A stretch of 64,000 nt of DNA from Pseudogymnoascus verrucosus (taxonomy: Eukaryota): assembly GCA_001662655.1 (NCBI GenBank), contig KV460207.1; one strand, 5' to 3'. The translations under genes and the position numbers were made by a program. The first letter of the stretch is position 1, and every line of letters starts with the position of its first letter. Positions 59,265-64,000 of this stretch are shown piece after piece. The notes below the pieces were generated by a model. The model was not told where the DNA came from and did no database searches. It worked only from the letters and a program-made list of their open reading frames with translations.

Positions 59265-62200
59265 CTATTTGGCGGCAACAGGGGTCTTGGCGGCTGGGCT
59301 CGCAGGAGCGGCAGCCGATTCGGCGATCGGAGGTGTTGCCTCTTTCGAGCTACTTCCCGGCCAGAACCACGAACCGAGGCGACCAAGCATACTCTTGCGC
59401 TTTACGTGACCCTTCTTGAATTTCGGTGTGGTAGGTGTGGTTGGCTCATCGGCGGCCTTCTCAGCTGGCGTCGATGGTGCGGCTGAAACTGGTTCCTTGG
59501 CCTCTGCTGTCTCGGCAACAGGAGCAGCAGCTTCAGTGGCTGCAGGCTTCTGATCGGCATCGGAAGTTTCAGCAGTCTTGAATGAGCCGGATGCTTGGGA
59601 GGACTCAGCGGCTGTGACTGGTTCGGCGACGTCGATGGATTTGGTGACAGGCTCGGAGATAGCTTCCTTAACAGCCACGGGAGCCTCGACAGGTGCGGCC
59701 TCAGCTACAACTGCTGGCGCAACAGGAGCGGCCTCTTCGGCCTTGGGCTGTTCTGCAACCTTAGGTTCTTCCTGGACCTTTGGCTCCTCGACAGCGACAG
59801 GTTCCTCAACCTTCGTAGCTTCCTCAGCAACCACTGGGGCCTCGGCCTTGACTGATTCCACCGCAGCAGGTTCCTCCACCTTAGTGGGCTCCTCGACTAC
59901 AGCAGTCTCCTCCACCTTGGCGGGCTCCTCAACTGCAACAGCCTCCTCCACCTTAGCGGGCTCCTCCACTGCAGCAGGCGCGTTGGCAATCACTGGTTCC
60001 TCAACCTTGGGCTCCTCCACCTTGGTGGCCTCCTCAGCAGGTGCTACTTCCTTAGCCTCAGTAACCTCGCTGGCGACAACTGGCTCCTCTACCTTTGGCT
60101 CTGCAACCGCAGCCACCTCCTCGACCTTTGGCTCCTCAACGACGGATTTCTCAGCAACAGCTGGCTCATCGGTAGTGGCGGCCTCTGCGACAACAACGGG
60201 CTCCTCAACCTTAGCCTCCTCTACTACGGCAGGCGCCTTAACTGCAGTCTCTGCAACAGCGACAGGCTCCTCCACCTTGGTCTCCTCAACTGTGGCCTTC
60301 TCGGCAACAGCTGGCTCCTCAGTAGCGGCGGGCTCTGCGGCAACAACGGGCTCTTCGACCTTGGTCTCCTCTGCTGCGGAAGGTGCCTCAGCAGCCTCTG
60401 CAACAGCAACAGGTTCCTCTACCTTAGCAGGCTCCTCGACTGCGGCGACCTCCTCAACCTTGGTCTCCTCAACCGGGGTGACCTCCTCAGCCTTGGTCTC
60501 CTCAACTGCGGCTGGTTCCTCGGCGGTCTTAGTGGGTTCTTCGACAACAGCCGGCTCTTCAACTGCAGCAGGTTCTTCCATCTTGGTCTCCTCAACCGCA
60601 GTAGGCTCCTCGGCCTTAGTCTCCTCAACCGCAGCGGGATCCTCGACCTTGGTCTCGGCGACTTCCTCGACTGCTGCTGGTTCCTCGACCTTAGTCTCCT
60701 CAACAGGGGCAGTCTCCTTGGTCTCGACGACCTCCTCAGCAACCTCTGGTGCCTTGGCGACAGCAGCCTCCTCCTCGGCAGCAGCCTCAACCGGTGCTGC
60801 GACTTCAGCTGGCTGCTCTTCCTTAACTGCCTCCTTCACCTCCTCAACGGGAGCGGAGACTTCCTCGGTAGCAACGGCGGTCTCAACTGCCTTAACTTCC
60901 TCAATGACCTCCTCTGCAGGAACAGGAACCTCCTCGGTAGCTGCCACAGCCTCAACTGGCTGAGCCTCTTCAACTACCTCCTTTGTCTCAACGGCGGCAG
61001 GAACCTCTTCAGCGACCTTGGCGTCTTCGGATGCAGCGACCTCCTCGGTAACTGGAGATTTCTCGGTCACTACCTCTTCCGCAGCCTTCTCGGTCGTCTC
61101 GACAGACTCAGTAGCCTCGGTAGCTTCAGCGGCAGCAGGTGCTTCGGTAGCAGCAACCTCTTTATCGGCAACCTCCTCTGCAGGGGTAGTCTCAGCTTCA
61201 GCAGGCACCTCAGCAGTCTTCTCGGCAACCTCCTCAACTGGTGCGACCACCTCTGGGGTTTCGGTGGCTTCAACAGCGGCAGGAGCGACCTCCTTCTCTT
61301 CCGTGGTTTCGGCGGCGGCAGGTGCAGCCTCCTTATCCTCGGTAGCGGCAGGAACGACCTCCTCTGCTGTCTCGGTAACGGCAGGTGCAGCCTCCTTCTC
61401 CTCAACAGCAACAGGTGCGACCTCCTCCTCTGCTGCTTCAGCAACGGCGGCAGGTGCAGCCTCCTTCTCCTCAACAGCAGCAGGCGCAACCTCCTTCTCC
61501 TCGACGACGGCAGGTGCAACCTCCTCCTCAGCAACCTCCTCGACGACGGCAGGTGCAGCCTCTTCCTCCACAGCGGCAGGAGCGACCTCCTTCTCCTCTA
61601 CCGCCTCGACAACGGCAGGCGCGACCTCCTTCTCCTCAACAGCGGCAGGAGCCACCTCCTCCTCTGCTGCCTCGGCAACGGCAGGTGCAGCCTCCTTCTC
61701 CTCCTCGACAGCAGCAGGTGCAACCTCCTTCTCTTCGACAACGGCAGGTGCGACCTCCTCCTCAACCGCGGCAGGTGCAGCCTCTTCCTCCACAGCGGCA
61801 GGTGCAACCTCCTTCTCTTCTGCTGCCTCGACAACTGCAGGTGCGACCTCCTTCTCCTCCTCAGCGGCGGCAGGCGCGACGACCTCCTCTGCTGCCTTGG
61901 TAACGGCAGGTGCAGCCTCCTTCTCCTCCTCGACAGCGGCAGGCGCAACCTCCTTCTCCTCAACAGCGGCAGGAGCAACCTCCTCTGCCTTCTCCTTCGA
62001 AGAAGTGGCTGCCACGACACCAGCGGCAATCGCCGAAACGCCCAGTGCAGCAGCTCCAGCGGCAACGACTTCACCCGCCTTTCCCTTTGCAGCCTTAGCC
62101 TTAGACTTCTTGTTCTTGCCCTTCTTGCCCGTAGCAGCAGCGGCCGGCTCAGCCTCCACCTCCTTGGCCTCAGCTTCAGGCTCGGCAGCAGCAACTGGGG

Positions 62201-64000
62201 TCTCTTCCTTGGCCTCCTCAGTTGCAGCTACTGGCTCAGCGACGGCTTCGGTTGCAGCAGCAACGATAGTGGCGGACTTGTCCTCCTCGGTGGCAGCGAC
62301 AACTGGCTCTGCCTCTACTGCGGCGGCTTCTGGTGTAGGCTCAGCAACGGCTTCGGGAGTATCGTCTTTCTTCTCTTCGACGACAGCAGCTGGCTCAGAC
62401 GTGGTCTCAGTCTCTGTAACAGCAGCAGGGGCCTCCTCCTTGGCCTCTTCGACAGCAGCTACAGGCTCAGCTTCCTTGGTCTCAACCTCTGGCTCGGAAA
62501 CATCGACAGAGGCGATTTCCTTTGTTTCCTCAACAGCGGCGGCAGGCTCAGCAACAACTTCCTTTGCCTCAGCCTCTGGCTCGGCAACGGCAGCTGTTGC
62601 CTCCTCCTTCTTATCCTCAACAACAGCTACGGGCTCGGCCTCAACCTCCTTGGTCTCGGCGGCAGCCTCTTCGGCAACAACTGGGGTATCATTCTTCTCC
62701 TCGGCGTCGATAACTACCTTCTCAGCAACCTCCGGCTCAGCCTCAACCTCCTTGGTCTCGGTGGCAGGCTCCTCGGCAACAACTGGGGTATCATTCTTCT
62801 CTTCAGCGTCAACTGCCTTCTCAGCAACCTCCGGCTCAGTCGCGGCGGCATCAGCCTCAGCCTCCTTGGCCTCGACATCTGGGACAGCTGCAGCACCGTT
62901 TGTCTCGGTCTCCTTGATTTCCTTAGTTGCTTCAGCTTCGGCCTTTGGTGCTTCCTCCGACTTGGCCTCTTCCTCCTTGTACTTGGAGCCTACAGCGACG
63001 GCAGCTACAGCTGCGGCGGCGATCGCTGGGATAGCCAGTGCTGCTGCTGTCTCCTCGGTCTTTGAAGCGCCAGCCTTTGCTTTGGCGGCCTTCGCCTTTG
63101 ATTTCTTGTTCTTGCCCTTCTTACCGGCAGCAGCTGCAGGTTCGGCGGTTTCGGCGACAGCTTCGCTCGCTGGTGCCTCCGTCTCGGCAACTTCAGCCTC
63201 TGGCTCTACCTCGCGTGTAGTCTCCGCAGTCTCGGCAGTTGCAAGTGCAGCCTCAGAAGCTTCAGCCTCGGCGGCCTTTTCTCTTGTTGCATGTGCCTCT
63301 GCCAGAACCTCCTTAGGCACTTCCGTCACAGTGACGGACTTGTCATCGGTGGCGGCGGCAGCAGCAACAGGGGTCTCCTCGGCGGTAGATTTTTCGGTGA
63401 CCTCCCTAGCATCTGCCTCGGGTGCCTCCTTCACAATTTCAGTCCCTGTTGCTTGGACAAGGATGACATCTTCGCCATCCTTGCCCTTGCTGGCGTCAAC
63501 AGTGACATCGACCTTAACATCGCCCTGGGGTGTTGCAACGATGACATCTGACACCTTGGCTTCAGCATGTTCTTTGTTGTCAGCAACATCCTTCTTCAGC
63601 TGCTCCGAGATATCCTTCATCACATCGCCGCTTGCCTTGACAGCGATACTCTTAGCGGTGCTCATAGCGTGATCCGAGGCCATCTTGCCAACCATTGCGA
63701 GTGCAGGAACGAGAATTCCTGGTGCGACCATAGTCGCGGCTCCGACGGCAATAGCAATAGCTCCCCTGTGTGACATGTTAGTCATTACAAATCAGTGAAT
63801 AAGGTTCGTGTGAATGTGAAACTTACTCAGCAATCATCTCTGGGTGTTCTTTAATCGCCTCTCCGACATCCTGGACGCCTTCGATGACCTCTTTCGTAAC
63901 AACCTGCACAGCGTCGGCGATTTTCTCCATCAAGGTTTCGTCATCCTTGTCAGTAATCGTAGATGCAACTTCTTTTGCGAGGTTGTTATAGATGTCTTTT
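59265..64000 (-). CDS. Giant acidic Ala/Glu/Val/Pro repeat protein (over 1550 aa); 5' end lies outside the window
   Basis: 4.5-kb open frame with strong codon bias. Intron 63766-63826 (GTAAGT...CTAAC...CAG) joins an upstream exon that stays open to the window edge. EEKEVAPAAV and KVEEPAAVEE repeat arrays. Confidence 0.88.

Noticed and set aside
59578..63672. Plus-strand 461-aa and 884-aa Ser/Thr/Ala mucin-like ORFs
   Set aside because: Antisense shadows of the codon-biased Ala/Glu repeat gene, with no signal peptide and non-ATG starts.

Overview
Gene-dense genomic DNA from a filamentous ascomycete (short GT-AG introns with CTRAC/CTAAC branch points; an RCO-3 orthologue, ATG15, alpha-1,3-glucan synthase). 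I cannot identify the species from the sequence alone. About 20 protein-coding loci can be supported: amidohydrolase (runs off the left edge), SV2-like MFS transporter, 2EXR-domain protein, RCO-3-type glucose transporter/sensor, tandem GFA/CENP-V protein, a 1333-aa uncharacterised protein, a broken NACHT-WD40 (NLR-type) gene joined head-to-head to a fructosamine-kinase fragment, phosphoketolase, secreted tyrosinase-like protein, a disordered orphan, ATG15, a VPS9-domain GEF, a small secreted Cys protein, a six-exon polytopic membrane protein fragmented in the ORF track, AGS1, a CE4 deacetylase, an NAD-binding epimerase/SDR with an acidic and probably RGG tail across an N-gap, a peroxisomal 4CL-like ligase, a DUF6601-like protein and a giant Ala/Glu repeat protein (runs off the right edge). 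I saw no rRNA, tRNA, CRISPR array or intact transposon. The best leads are the NLR island (11.5-19.7 kb), the SDR-acidic-RGG fusion, the hidden 8-TM gene, a recurrent C-rich-to-G-rich skew flip near gene 3' ends, and a CGGAATT motif cluster in a divergent promoter. All family calls come from motif recognition by eye, not from database searches.
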